This document shows, piece after piece, positions 12,058 to 23,962 of a stretch of 64,000 nt of DNA (the stretch's first letter is position 1; every line of letters starts with the position of its first letter). The DNA lies in assembly GCA_973895155.1 (NCBI GenBank), contig OZ316899.1, positions 12,589,934 through 12,653,933 on the forward strand, written 5' to 3'. The translations under genes and the position numbers were made by a program. Below the pieces are notes generated by a model. It was not told the DNA's origin, ran no database searches, and worked only from the letters and a program-made list of their open reading frames with translations. This stretch comes from Marsupella aquatica. Its lineage: Eukaryota; Plantae; Marchantiophyta.

Positions 12058-12818
12058 CAGCATGTGTGTGCCGCATGCCTTTTTAGTTTAGGGATTTCTT
12101 AGTGCAGGGTTTTAGCGGCGCCGCTAGGGTAGCCGCCATCGTTGTGACCCCATGAGGGGTGCTTTGGTGTGGTTTTTTGGTATTTAGGGGGAGAGCCCCG
12201 AAGTAGTTAGGGGGGAAACTTAGCGTAGTGCTTTGATGCTTTTGAGTAGATTTTGTGAGTAGCGCACCGATTAGGAGAAGTTCAAGTCAGAGTAGTGAGG
12301 TGGAGAACGTAGCACTTGTCCCCGGGAGGCAGGAGTTGGGTAGACGGCAGGAGGCCGGGTTGTCCTTGCATGTGTTACGGGAAACACCAAGAGATATGGA
12401 TTTGGCTTGAGGTTCCAATATTTTGTGTGTCACTTGTTGTTGCTTGTGTTGTTTGTTTTCCTCCCCTAGTGCATGTGGTCGGTTTCGTTGTGGAAACATT
12501 TTCCCTTGTCACTAGTGTTCAAACCTTATTGTAAACGTTTGTATGCTTGCCCATTGAGGGGGGGTGGTGACAACACTCACCCGGTGGGTATGAGTTGTAG
12601 ATGGTAGGACCAGTCCCTTGGACTTGATCAAAAACGGAGAGACCAATCGGTAGACTTGATCAAAAAGTACACTTCCGGGAGCGGAATCAAACATACTCAT
12701 CCTTAGGTGTGGAAATACTCCAAATAGCGTCCCTCCACGACCCCGTAATACGATACCAACGGTTTAAGCGAAGAAACGTACGGTTTGCACGTATTAATCG
12801 TTGGATAGGCAAGTGACA
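12058..12818 (+). mobile_element. 3' (U5) end of an LTR of a fourth family (D), inserted in the A3 LTR
   Basis: Ends ...AAGTGACA at 12818, followed directly by family-A ORF sequence (CTTGGCCAC, cf. 27122). Carries the TTCCG-N4-CGGAA..AAACATAC motif found near the 3' ends of A and C LTRs. Confidence 0.65.
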
Positions 12819-13541
12819 CTTGGCCACTTGCAGGTCTTCCACCTCGGCTTCCTTCTCTTTAAGCCGTCGGATGACCTCGTCCTTCTTGCTTCTCTCCAAA
12901 GCCACCGCTTCTTCTAATCGGTGCTTTTCCAACATCTCCCTCTGGAAAAAGGGTCCCTGCTCCAACTCCTCCCCAAAGATGCTAAGCGCCAGGTCCCCAC
13001 ACATCTCCCCGTACTCCATGGCTCTATCCTTAGCATAGGTGGAGTAACTAGAAGTCATCGGCATCAACCACTGCGGCCTCTGCTCCCAAGCCGTCTTGCG
13101 GATTTCTTCTACGGTGGCAAGAGGGTTGCTTCTTTTTTCGGCAAGCCGCCTGATGTCCTCCGGCCAATCTCCTCCTGGTAAATCCTTCTCCCTAGCCAGG
13201 GCTGCTCTCTCTTCCTCCCTAAGTTGCTCCTGAAATTCTTGTGCCGTTTGCTTTATGCTGTCAAAGCTCGGGGGAGCAACCTCTGGTGGGGGAGACTCGG
13301 GGTTACTCTGCTGGGTGGGGTCCCCTCAAACTACTCTTGGAAGCATGGGGATAAATCGGCCACAGGTCCTTACTCCTGGAACATGATGATCCGACCCATA
13401 GCCGGAGTTATCATTGCTGTAGTCCTCCACCGCCTCCTCCACTACTTGGACTCCCGGCTCCTCTGCCTCTGATTTGGGGCTTGAGGCTCCCACGTACATT
13501 CGCACTCCCGGCTTGTGTTCTGGCCTGAATCTCTCCTTGGT
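12819..13541 (-). mobile_element. Older family-A LTR (A3), left piece; host of element B
   Basis: Homologous to 27122-27875 (MMPMTSS..YAKDRAMEYGEMCG). Joins 46746 seamlessly once B and one TTGGT copy are removed. Confidence 0.9.
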
Positions 13542-16500
13542 TGTAGAGTAGGGTTTAAGGAAATATGAATTACTTTCCTCTTAAACAACTAGAATTCGTT
13601 CCCGTTAAGAGCTTGTGAGACCTAAAAGATTGTATTAATATACTTTGAGATAGTTAAGCTAACTTATCTCAGATTTTAAGCCTTTACCAACATGCTTAGG
13701 TCAGATGGAAGGAGTTTTTAATACATCCTCAGGTATTGTGATGTTTGTATCATCAACAGTGCAATAATCAATTCTAAAACTATAATAAAACAACCAAAAG
13801 CCGGAGGCGTAAAGAGAGGATTAGGCGAGCCTTAAATGTCTCATCTCCTCTTGCCACTTAGCAATCTGTGACTAAGTTAGGCATGATTAAGAGTCAACAG
13901 AGAGTCTGACAAAATTAGGCTGATGCCTAAAGCTCATCTTTAAAGCCAACCATCTAAGAATTTGTAAAAGATGCATATAAGATAGCCCGTATTAACTTTC
14001 TGACCTATGTCAAGACAAAGGTGGTACTGATTACTCCGAACTAACTTATTCTTCTATTCAATCCTTCAGATTGCTCTTTTAGGACTACGCAATTTGTGAG
14101 TTCTCGTATGGTGTTTCTTCCACTAATACTTAATAAGCCATAAGTATTCCATAGTCAACATGAATCTTTAGACCTTTGCATGGACTCAGGCATGCATTTC
14201 CAGTCAGCCTAAAGGTTAACTATGACATTGCTAGTCACTTTCCATAGATTTTCTAGCAAGAATGGTCACACACTAATGTCCAAACACAAAGCATAGATCA
14301 CCAAAATTATGAATCTATTACTTCTCTTCAAAGAAGGAGACTTTCAAAAGTGAAATGCAAGTCTGAGTAAAATGGTGGAAACTTTCCCTCTTATACTTAG
14401 GGACAAGTCTCCTCTAAACAAAAGTTGAAGAGGTATGCCCCTTCAATTCCTAACCTAAGTGTAAAAGTAAAAAGTAATGCTAAAGTCTGAAACTAGACTA
14501 TGAGATAAAGTGCTCAGCAAAAATTCAAAGTCTAATTCTTCCTATACTAAGTTTTATAGGGCTTCAAACACGAAACCGGATCAAAAACCGAGTGGGAAAC
14601 CGGATGGAAAGCCGGTTCAACTTCCGGATGGAATAACTTTTTACTCTTCAGGAGTTGAACATCAATGAAGTACTGCTTGAATAGTTGGGTCTGTACCAGG
14701 TCCTCTCCCTTGGTTTCTACTAAGGGTTCCAGGTGATCCATAGCTCTGGAAATGTTATCGAAGAGTAGTTGCTCCACTGTGGTCTTCTCCTTTGCCTTGT
14801 GCAGCAACTGTTCAAGATGATACTTCTTCTTCTCTTTCTCTAATGATTTCTCTAGCTGCTCAATCTTGACCTTGTTCTCATCTCCTTTCATCAGGTCCTC
14901 CACTTTCTTCACAAGGTCAGCAGGAGCCACACCAGTCACATGGGAGAGCCTTGAGAGCACTGGTTCCATGATTCCCATCTTGGTCTTGATGGCCGAAAGA
15001 TCCTTGAATAAACAAGAAAAATGGTGTAGGGTAGAGTGTGAAAGACCAGCTGAAGAGGTAGTAGCGCCACTCATCGGGTAGGAAACCGGGTCAGAAACCG
15101 GTTCAGAAGCCGGTTCAGTTTTGTCGAGTTTCCTCTTCTTGGTTGGCCCTACAAAGTCGATCTCTTCCGGCTCTGGGTCATCTTCAGACTCTGGTAAGCT
15201 CTGAATTTCTGGATCCAAGACTCCATATTTCACATAGCTGCTCTTGGTGCCAAATGCACTCTTCTCATGTTTGAATAAGGTTTGGTCATGAGAGTATAGA
15301 TGTACCAAGTAACAGGAGAGAGCAGTGGGGGCTCTGTTGGACAGGGCGGAGACCTGCTTCTCTAGAACACTTGAGAAGATAGTAGCCCATGATACCTCTA
15401 TGGTTTTGAAGAAGGAAGCAATGATAGTACTTCCTACTTTAAGAATCACCCTCCTTGGTTTCTCTGGATAGATGAGGGGGACTAGGAATGCCATCACGTT
15501 CCTGAGGTCCTTGTGAGTACACTGGTTGATGGTCCATCCTTCTTTGGCATCCATCTTGCCACCAAAGTATTCCACTGTGAGATTCTCTCCTCTGGGGCAG
15601 AAGCCACTCCCTTTCACTGGTAGCTGAAAAGCTTCTCCAACGAATGCCTTGGTCCAAGCTTCTGGTCGAGCTCGTGCAGTCTTCTGAAATTCTGTGGGAG
15701 GAACTCCTGCCAGCACTTCCCTTACCATGTCTTCACTCAGAAATCCCCAAGTAAGATCCATCAAGGAGGCACAGCCCATTAGTGTAAGATCTTTTCGGAG
15801 CTGTTCCTTCTCAGCTGCATCAGTAGGAATGAGGGGTCTCAAGGGCTTCATGGTGATCTGAGCCTCCTTCCTCTTTGAACGTCGTACTTCAGGCTTTACT
15901 GGAGTCCCACTCTGAGTCTTGGAAGAAGGACTGCTCTTGGCACTCTTCATACTGCCTGGTAGTTGGAGTAGCAAACAGATTTGAACCGGTGAAGGCAGAA
16001 GGTATGAGCTAGAAGTGAATATAGCCTCTATAATTACTCCGTCGCGTATATCAGCCAACCTTCTCCATCTCAGCACACTTTCAGCGAAAACAAACGTCCA
16101 GCAAGCGAGATATAGCAGAAACCGGTTCGCCACCGGTTCAGTTCCGGTTCAGAAACCGGCTCAAGCCCCGGAAGTAGACAACTATCAAAACAGGGGGCCT
16201 TAGCGCCAATCTCCACATCCCCAGCCTTCCCTCCAAGCGTAGGAGTAGGCTGCCACCTCACACGAGTCTGTCAAGGATCTCTTATACCTTTCTCTCACAG
16301 AAACTAGAATGGTCCTATAATCCGGACCCAAGATCCTCAACCGAAAGGGAAGAGCCTCCTTTCTCTACTGCTTCAACAAGCCTATTCACTCGGGAGCTCA
16401 AAACTTACTCTGTTCAGCTTTGAGAGGTGTGAGAAGAGCAAAACCGGTTCGTCCTTAAGAGGGATTCCGGCTCACTGTCAGGAGTCCAATGCTTATGGGT

Positions 16501-16793
16501 TTTCCCCAGGACGAAGAGCGTAGCCTTGGCTTCAAGAACCTGGTGTTAGATTTTCTTGATAGCGTCCGGAGACAATTTTACGGCTTCCGGTTCGTGGTCC
16601 GGTTTCCTTCTCTTTACCAAGAAATACTTTCTTCCGATTGAGCCTCTTTTCCTTCTCTTAATCTCTTGAATGGTTGTTAGACTTTCAATAATGGTTTGCT
16701 TAGCATTTAAGGTTCTTCTTTCCCGCTTCAAAGGCAAAAAAAATTTAATTTTTCCACTTTCTTTATTCCTTTCTTCTTAACCATGTTATCACA
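13542..16793 (-). repeat. 3' LTR of element B (3252 bp; carries a 362-bp internal deletion relative to the 5' LTR)
   Basis: Direct repeat of 43122-46740. Begins TGTGATAAC and ends CTCTACA on the - strand. Lacks 44240-44601 (GAA microhomology). Confidence 0.95.
14547..15950 (-). CDS. LTR-encoded PMD-like + coiled-coil protein, family B (3' LTR copy; C-terminus altered by the deletion)
   Basis: Open frame 14547..16133 with first ATG at 15950 (MKSAKSS). Motif LMGCASLMDLTW...EDMVREVL...ARARPEAWT..F.LP...EGWTINQC...VMAFL aligns with the A and C LTR proteins. Confidence 0.8.
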   Translation of the reverse strand: MKSAKSSPSSKTQSGTPVKPEVRRSKRKEAQITMKPLRPLIPTDAAEKEQLRKDLTLMGCASLMDLTWGFLSEDMVREVLAGVPPTEFQKTARARPEAWTKAFVGEAFQLPVKGSGFCPRGENLTVEYFGGKMDAKEGWTINQCTHKDLRNVMAFLVPLIYPEKPRRVILKVGSTIIASFFKTIEVSWATIFSSVLEKQVSALSNRAPTALSCYLVHLYSHDQTLFKHEKSAFGTKSSYVKYGVLDPEIQSLPESEDDPEPEEIDFVGPTKKRKLDKTEPASEPVSDPVSYPMSGATTSSAGLSHSTLHHFSCLFKDLSAIKTKMGIMEPVLSRLSHVTGVAPADLVKKVEDLMKGDENKVKIEQLEKSLEKEKKKYHLEQLLHKAKEKTTVEQLLFDNISRAMDHLEPLVETKGEDLVQTQLFKQYFIDVQLLKSKKLFHPEVEPAFHPVSHSVFDPVSCLKPYKT

Positions 16794-16804
16794 TAACCCC
16801 CTCC
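16794..16804 (-). promoter_or_regulatory. Polypurine tract of element B
   Basis: GGAGGGGGTTA between the pol stop and the TGTG start of the 3' LTR. Confidence 0.85.
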
Positions 16805-19800
16805 TCAAACGGTGTCGCGCCCTCGCAAACCGGCTGAATAAGGAAGATGATATTTCTTGACTCGAGACCCATTGACTCGGGTAGGTAATTCCTCACCTTG
16901 TAAATCTTCCAAGATTAAGGATCCATTAGGGAAAATTTGCCGCACCTTATAAGGTCCAAGCCACCTTGTGTGTAATGTCCCAGGAAATATCATGTACCGG
17001 TTATCATATAATAACACATAATCATTTGCCTGTATTTCCACCTTCTTCAATTTTTTATCAAATCTTTGGCTCCTGATTCTCTGTTGCTTCTCTGTTTCAA
17101 CCAAGGAGAAGTGTCGATCTTCCTTGAGCTTGTCCAAACTTTCCAATCTTAATATTTGACTTTGTTCAACATCGAGTCGTTGAGGATTGGCCACTCGGTC
17201 AGTGGGTACCTCGAATTCAATGGGTACTATACTGTCCAAGCCATAGACTAAATAAAATGGAGTTCGACGCGTTGTAATCTTTTCTGCGGTGCGGTAGGCC
17301 CATAGAGCAGAGTGTAATTTCTGATCCCAATCTGACTTATGTGCAGAAACTACCTTAATTAAAATTCTCTCCATTAATCCATTAGCCTTCTCAGTTAAGC
17401 CATTTGCTTTGGGGTTATAGGGGGTAGTCTTTCTATGCTTAATGAGATACTTGTCAGTGATATGTGCGATCGTATTATTTAGAAAATGTAAGCCTCTGTC
17501 ACTGACTAGTTCTAATGGGCACCCAAACCGTGTAATGATGTCTTCAAATAAGAATTTAGCAGCAGTGGCAGCATCATTTCGCTTGGTGGCTCGTGCTTCT
17601 ACCCATTTAGTAGTGTAATCCGTAGCTAGGATGATGTATCGATTACGAGTGTGAGCAGCTGCAGGTTGAATAGGCCCTATAAAATCAATTCCCCATTTTT
17701 CAAAAGGAGCTAAAGGTAAGATGGGAGTTAAAGGCCAATGAGAAGTAGAGGTGGGTTTACCCATGCGTTGGCACGGATCACATGACTTGATAAATTGATG
17801 TGTATCTTGATGCATGGTGGGCCACCAATATCCGGCATCCCGTATTTTCTTTACTGTAACATTGACTGCATAATGGCCTCCAACTTCTTCCATGTGCATG
17901 GCAGCAATAACCTTCCTAACTTCTCGTTCTTCCAAGCAACGCTTAAGTTTCTGATCCGGGGAAAGTTTATAGAGGATTCCTTGCTTCAAGGTATAAGGTC
18001 CAACCTTATGCAAGAAAACAGCACGTTGCTCGGGGTTGAGGTTAGGGGGAAACATTCCTTGAGTTAGCATTTGAACAATGTCTACATACCATGATTCTTC
18101 ACCCTCGATGTGCCATAATGTCTCATCTGGAAAATCATCATTCAATGGCTCTCTAGATTCATCGCCTTCCAATCGTGAGAGGAAATCAGCGTTGTCATGA
18201 TGCTTCCCAGGTCTTACCCGGACTTCAAAATCATATTCTTGTAGAAGCAAAACCCAACGTGCAATCCTTCCTGAAAGATCTGCTTGGTTAACAAGGTACT
18301 TAAGTGAAGAGTGGTCAGTGTGGAAAATGGTTTTGTACCCCAACAAGTAGTGGCAAAATTTCTTGCATGAGAAGATTACTGACAAAGCTTCTTTCTCTGT
18401 CACCGTATAATTCTTCTCTGCTGCATTCATTTGTCGACTTGCAAAATAAATGGGGTGATCCTTCTGATCATCATCTTGCTGGCTTAGGACAGCTCCAATA
18501 CAGAAAGCTGAAGCATCAATGTAAACGTGAAATTCCTTTTCCCAATTTAGTGGAACTAAAACAGGAGCTCGGGTTAATCTGCCTTTGAGTTCTTCAAAGG
18601 CCTTCTGTCTCAAGGCTGTCCACTCATAATCAACATCCTTTTTCAACAGTTGAGTAAGTGGCATGGCAAGGTTAGCATAATGGCGAATAAATCGACGGTA
18701 GTATACTACGTAACCTAGAAATCCCCTCAACTCTCTTAGATTAGAAGGAGGTTGTAGTTTTAGGATAACTCTGACCTTCTCAGCATCAATCTCAATTCCC
18801 CGGCTAGATATGACATGCCCTAGCAAGATACCCTCTCGCATGCCAAAAAAGCATTTCTCGGGGTGTAGAGAGAGCTGTGATTCCCTACACTTTTGGAAAG
18901 TCAATCCGAGCTTTTCTAAATGGATTTCGTCTGAACTATAAACACAGAAATCATCAATAAAAATTTCTATAAATCTGTGGAGGTACTCTTGAAATATGAT
19001 CATCATTATTCGTTGAAATGTTCCAGGGGCGTTGCATAACCCAAAAGGCATCACATTAAATGCATAAGTTCCCCAATCCGTCGTGAACGTTGTTTTATCC
19101 CGATCCTCCTCTCGTACTGAAACTTGGTTATACCCTGAGTATCCATCAAGGAAACTATAAAGAGAATGAGCAGCTACTGCATCAAGCACAGTGTCAATGA
19201 ATGGTAAGGGATAATGATCTTTCCTTGTTGCAGAATTCAATTTCCGATAATCTTGACACACACGAATCTTCACTTTGCCATCTGGTCCAGACTTCTTAGG
19301 CACAATAACAATGGGTGATACCCATTCGCTGCTAAGGACTGGAAAAATGAATCCAGCCTCCGTTAACTTGTCAATTTCCTCTTTTACCATCATGGAATAC
19401 TTAGGGTTGAGCCGATATTGTCTTTGCCGGATCGGAATTGATCCTTCAATGAGGTCAATTCAATGTTGCACAAGGTAAGGGGGAATTCCTTTGATGTCCT
19501 TGTGACTCCATGTGAATATATCTCGGTATTGCTTCAGCAAATCTATATATTTTTCCCTCAATTCTCCTTGAATATGTTTACTGATATTGAGGAATTTCCC
19601 TGGCTCAATCTCAATCTTCTGGCAGGATTTGGGATCAACTATCCTTTCAGTCATTCCCAAAGACTCCTTTTCCCAAGTGTTTAGGTTTGATGGGTCTTTT
19701 ATACTTCCAATTTTACTACTAGGATCTCCCCTAGAATCCTCACTTTCTGGAAAAGTTTTGGTCAATTTTGAAGTCGGGAAGGTAGTTTTCCGGATAGGTT

Positions 19801-22800
19801 TTGGTAAAGATGGATGGGGAACTGGGAGTCATGCCGGCTCAGGACCCGGCTCAAAAACAGGTTCAGTAACCGGTTGAGGAACCGGTTCAAGGGCTGGTTC
19901 GGGAACCGGATCCCCCGTGTTTTTCGGATGGTACTTATTAACTGGCTGATTTAAATCTGGTGATTGTATAGAAGGGTTAGGAGTAGCGTACCTCTCTAAA
20001 TCTAAACTACAAGCTTCACTTGGTTCGTCAAATTCAAAGATATCAAGAAATCTGATATGTGCATCAGTATCTCTTGACAGTTTTGAGGATTGGGATTGGT
20101 TGACTTCTTCATCATCTGATGATGAACTTGAAGAATTAGAGGTGTAACCATCATCTTCTTCTGTTTCACCAAAGTGTCGCTCATCTTCCCAACTCAAAGT
20201 TACTTTTGGAGACCCAAAACTGAATTGCTTTGCATGCCAATTAACTCTGACGCGTGCTAAGTACAGCCAAGGTCGTCCCAACAAAACAGGAAATGTGGAT
20301 GGTGTTGATGGTCAAATTATGATGTAATCTAATGAAAATATTCTTCCTCCAATTAGGGTATCAATTTTCAGTAACGAACCTACAGGAATCACCCTGGATT
20401 GGTCTGCCATTCGTAGGATCCGAGATGTGGGCTGAAATTTGAAAAATCCCAGATCAGCAGCGGTCTGTTCTGTCATAATATTGACACTTGATCCTCCATC
20501 CACAGGGACCTTAGGGATCACACATCCTGAAATTTGTATCTCTATTTCAGGTGGACCATGGTCAGTAGATTCCACCTTCCAACATCCATTAACTTCCACT
20601 TCTGGTAACTTAAATGGACGCCTCCGCGAAGTGACCAATGTCTTCATTTGTTTTCTAAAATGGGCATTGGACTTGAGCAATTCTCCAAATGTAATGTTGG
20701 CTTTCAAATTACTCACATCTGCAACTATATTATAAGTATCCATCCGTCCATCAATATGCACATGGTGAGGATCAACTTTGAAACTTACCTTTTTCCCTGG
20801 TTCCAAGGGAGTATCAGTTTTTCCCTTACCCATTTCCTTCGCGAGGATTTCCTTAACTTCGTCAGAGATGTCGGGGAGAAAATACTTAGGATCGTGTCGA
20901 TCATATACATTTTCCTCTTCAATCAATTCCTTCCCTCATTTTGGATTTGACTTTTCCGCTGATTTGGATGTTGATTTTGGTTTGACGATTGAATCTGCCT
21001 CTTTTGCCTTCTGCTTGGAACAAGTCGTAGCAAAGACATTTAGTATCTGATCACTCTCTCTGATCTCCAAGTTAGGTTGGCCTAGTTCTCCTTCTTTTAA
21101 TAAGTGTCGATGATCCTTATCATATGTAATCCCAGCAGGTCCTCCTCTCGACAATACTGGGTTATGGATGTCACTTACACACCCTACAATATTTTCTTCA
21201 TAGCTGTCCACTAGGCCGCAAGGTGAATCATCCTCTTCTTCATAATAGACCAGACGAACTGATGGTTCAGGCAGTGCTGCTTCCTTGACTGGGTCCTTGA
21301 CATAACGAACCATCATCTTTGGTTTCTTTGGTTGGGGACATTCAATTGGAAGATGACCACTTCCTCCACAATTTCCACAAATTGGTTCGTATCCTACATC
21401 TCTTTTTGGCCAGGGGCACGAAGGTGAGAAATGATCCTTTGCCCCACAATTCCAACATACTCCTCTGACCAATTGGGACCTGGGTGGGTAACCACCAGGT
21501 GGTGCCATTGGCGGTTTATACACTGGCTTATTAAAATTAGAAACTGGTCTTGGAGGAGGGTTAGGAAAGTACTGTACAGGGGCTGGCCCTGCAATTGTTG
21601 GAGGTCCCATTTGGACTTGGTAGCTAGCCTCAAGGTAATATGGGTGCAATAATGGGTCTTCTCCTTCTTCATAATTAGGGTACTCCCCATTGGTCAAATA
21701 ATTTACTGATTTGAGTAAGGGACACTCTTGTGGGCAGTGTCCTGGTTTCCGGCATACTGTACACCATACATTTGCCCTCTGAGGTGTCAATTGTTTCCTT
21801 GGGGGTCGTGTTGCAGCTGCATTAACATTCAGGTACTTCATTTCTTCAAGGAGACTAGCCATTTGTCCCGACATTTTATTCAATTCTGCACTTTTAGGTT
21901 GCGAAACCTTTTTCCCCTTTCTTGTAATTTTTGGGGAAGATTCCTCATCTGATGAGCTGTTGGTCTCGCTACTGGATTGAGATGTGGAACTGTCTTGTTC
22001 TGAACTGGAAGTGTCACTTGTTGAGGTAGAGGATTCAGCCTTTTTCTTCTTAGATTTCTTCTTGCTCCTTTTCTTTTTCGACTTACTGTCCTTCCGTAAC
22101 TCTCTCAACAAGTGTTTCCTTTGTGACATCTCAGAGTCAATATAAGACTGAGCTAAGTCGTATGCTCTCTCTAGGGTTGCGGGAGCCCCTTGTCTTACAA
22201 AAGTGTTTAATTTTGTATACAAACCTTGCATGAACCACTCCTTAATTAAGTTTGCAGGCGGAGGTGGTGTCACTTTATTTGCCAGCTTGGTGACTTTTTG
22301 TAAGTAGGTTCTTAAGGAATCGCCTTTCTTCATATTTACAAAACTTAATCTTGTAAAAGCTCTAGAAGTAGCTCCCTCTTCCCTGAAAGTTTTGAGGAAC
22401 TCTGCTCGAACAATTGGCCAATTTGTCTTATCGGGCAAACTTGAATACCAAGTTCGGGCTTCTCCCTTCATTAAACCTCCAAATACTTTTGCCTTTAGAT
22501 CAGGGGTATCATCCCCATTGGATGTCGCCACGGCTTCAAAATCATCCATCCATGCTTCAGCATCTGCTTTCTTGCCACGAAAGTTTTCATAACGGACTCG
22601 TGAACGACTCGCCATGATTGTTGTTGTTGTGACTTTTCTTGAAGCAAATGGAAGAAGTGGCGGGATAGATATTATGATAGGTGATACAGATGTGCCAGTT
22701 GAGAGGTTAGGGGACACTTGCATGTTTTGGTTTGGGGAGTTATCCAATCCTGAGGTGCTTGGGCTACTTCTGTATCCTCCTGAATCAGAAGTGGGATTTG

Positions 22801-23398
22801 TGAATTCCTCTTCTGATCGCTCAAAACCTTCGCCCACCAATTGCTCAGGTGAGTCAAAGAATTCCTCAGGTGTGATCTGTGCAAGAGAGCCGACTAAAGA
22901 GGGTTCCCGTTGGCTCGTATTAGAGAGACGAGGTGATACTGTTTGGTCTTCTCTTAATATTTCAGACTTATGGCCTTTAGCTTGGTCATGATCCGCAGGT
23001 TCCGAACCCCCTGAGTCAGCACTGGTCAAAGTTGTGTTGTGTCCCACGTCCTTCTTCACATTAGAGATGCCGTAAGCCGTAAATCCTGGTGACCCTAGGG
23101 ATATATCTCCGTCTAGGCTGGTGGATCTCCTTAGTGCTTTACCTTGCGGCTTCCTTGGTTTCCTGGGGACTATCTCTTTAGGTCCCGAGCGCAAGTTAAC
23201 AAACAATGGTCTACTAGCAGATGGCTTCTCTAGTGTGCCACTTCCTTTTTGTTGTTGTAAGAGTGACACCCGACTTGTGACATTCCCCGGTGCTGGAAAT
23301 TCTGGTGAGCGGAATTTGTTAAGCAATTCTGGAGAGTCTGATGGTTTGTCCGGTAACCCTTCCCTCTTCTTCCAAATGTGTTTATTCCTATCAGTCAT
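16805..23398 (-). pseudogene. Element B single-frame gag-pol (about 2197 codons) interrupted by four in-frame TGA codons
   Basis: ORFs 20936..23398, 20312..20926, 19829..20284, 19460..19765 and 16805..19393 are all in one frame. Contains Gag with 3 CCHC knuckles, PR (VPVDGGSSVNIM), RT (LDGYSGYNQ, FIDDF), RNase H and INT (WGIDFIGP, SDRG, WLGPYKV). Confidence 0.95.
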
Positions 23399-23962
23399 TC
23401 CTCATGGTGTTAGATACTTACTCCCTTTGGTGTTTTGCTTTCCAATGTAACCCCTAGTATGCGGCTTTGGTCAGCCCCCTCTTCCTAGGTGAACAGTCAT
23501 GACCCATCCTGTCTATGGTCACGTTGGTTGACTCAAGAGTCATGTGGATGAAGAGTCATAACGGTCAGTGGGGTTGTCCAAAAACCTCACAGCCTCCGGT
23601 TTCTGAGCCGATGGCTGATCCGGTTCCTGAGCCGGATTTCTTCCGTCACCTTCTCCCTTGCCTGGCTATCACCCTAGCTAATTCAGGGATGGAAATAATC
23701 GCATAATGTTCCCCTGTAATCTGTCCATTTATTGTTAAAATTACTAAATGTAAATCTGCTGCTTCCCACCAGGTAATGGATAGCGTGTGTACTCCCCGTC
23801 TACCTCGTTGGATTAGTGTCCTAATGCGATTTGAAGCATTCCTTAAGTTTTGCGCTCTAAAGGAACCCAAACTCCTTCGTGGTGGCATGTTTTAATAAGC
23901 TTCTGCAGAGCTCGGACAGGATTGAGTTGCTTGGTGAGTTTTGATCAGATTCCCTTTTTATT

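Noticed and set aside
15951-16133. Signal-peptide-like N-terminus (MANRFLLYLACW...) suggesting the B LTR ORF is an env protein
   Set aside because: It starts at GTG within a CCGG repeat array, upstream of the first ATG shared by both LTR copies. There is no transmembrane anchor, and the A and C homologues lack it.
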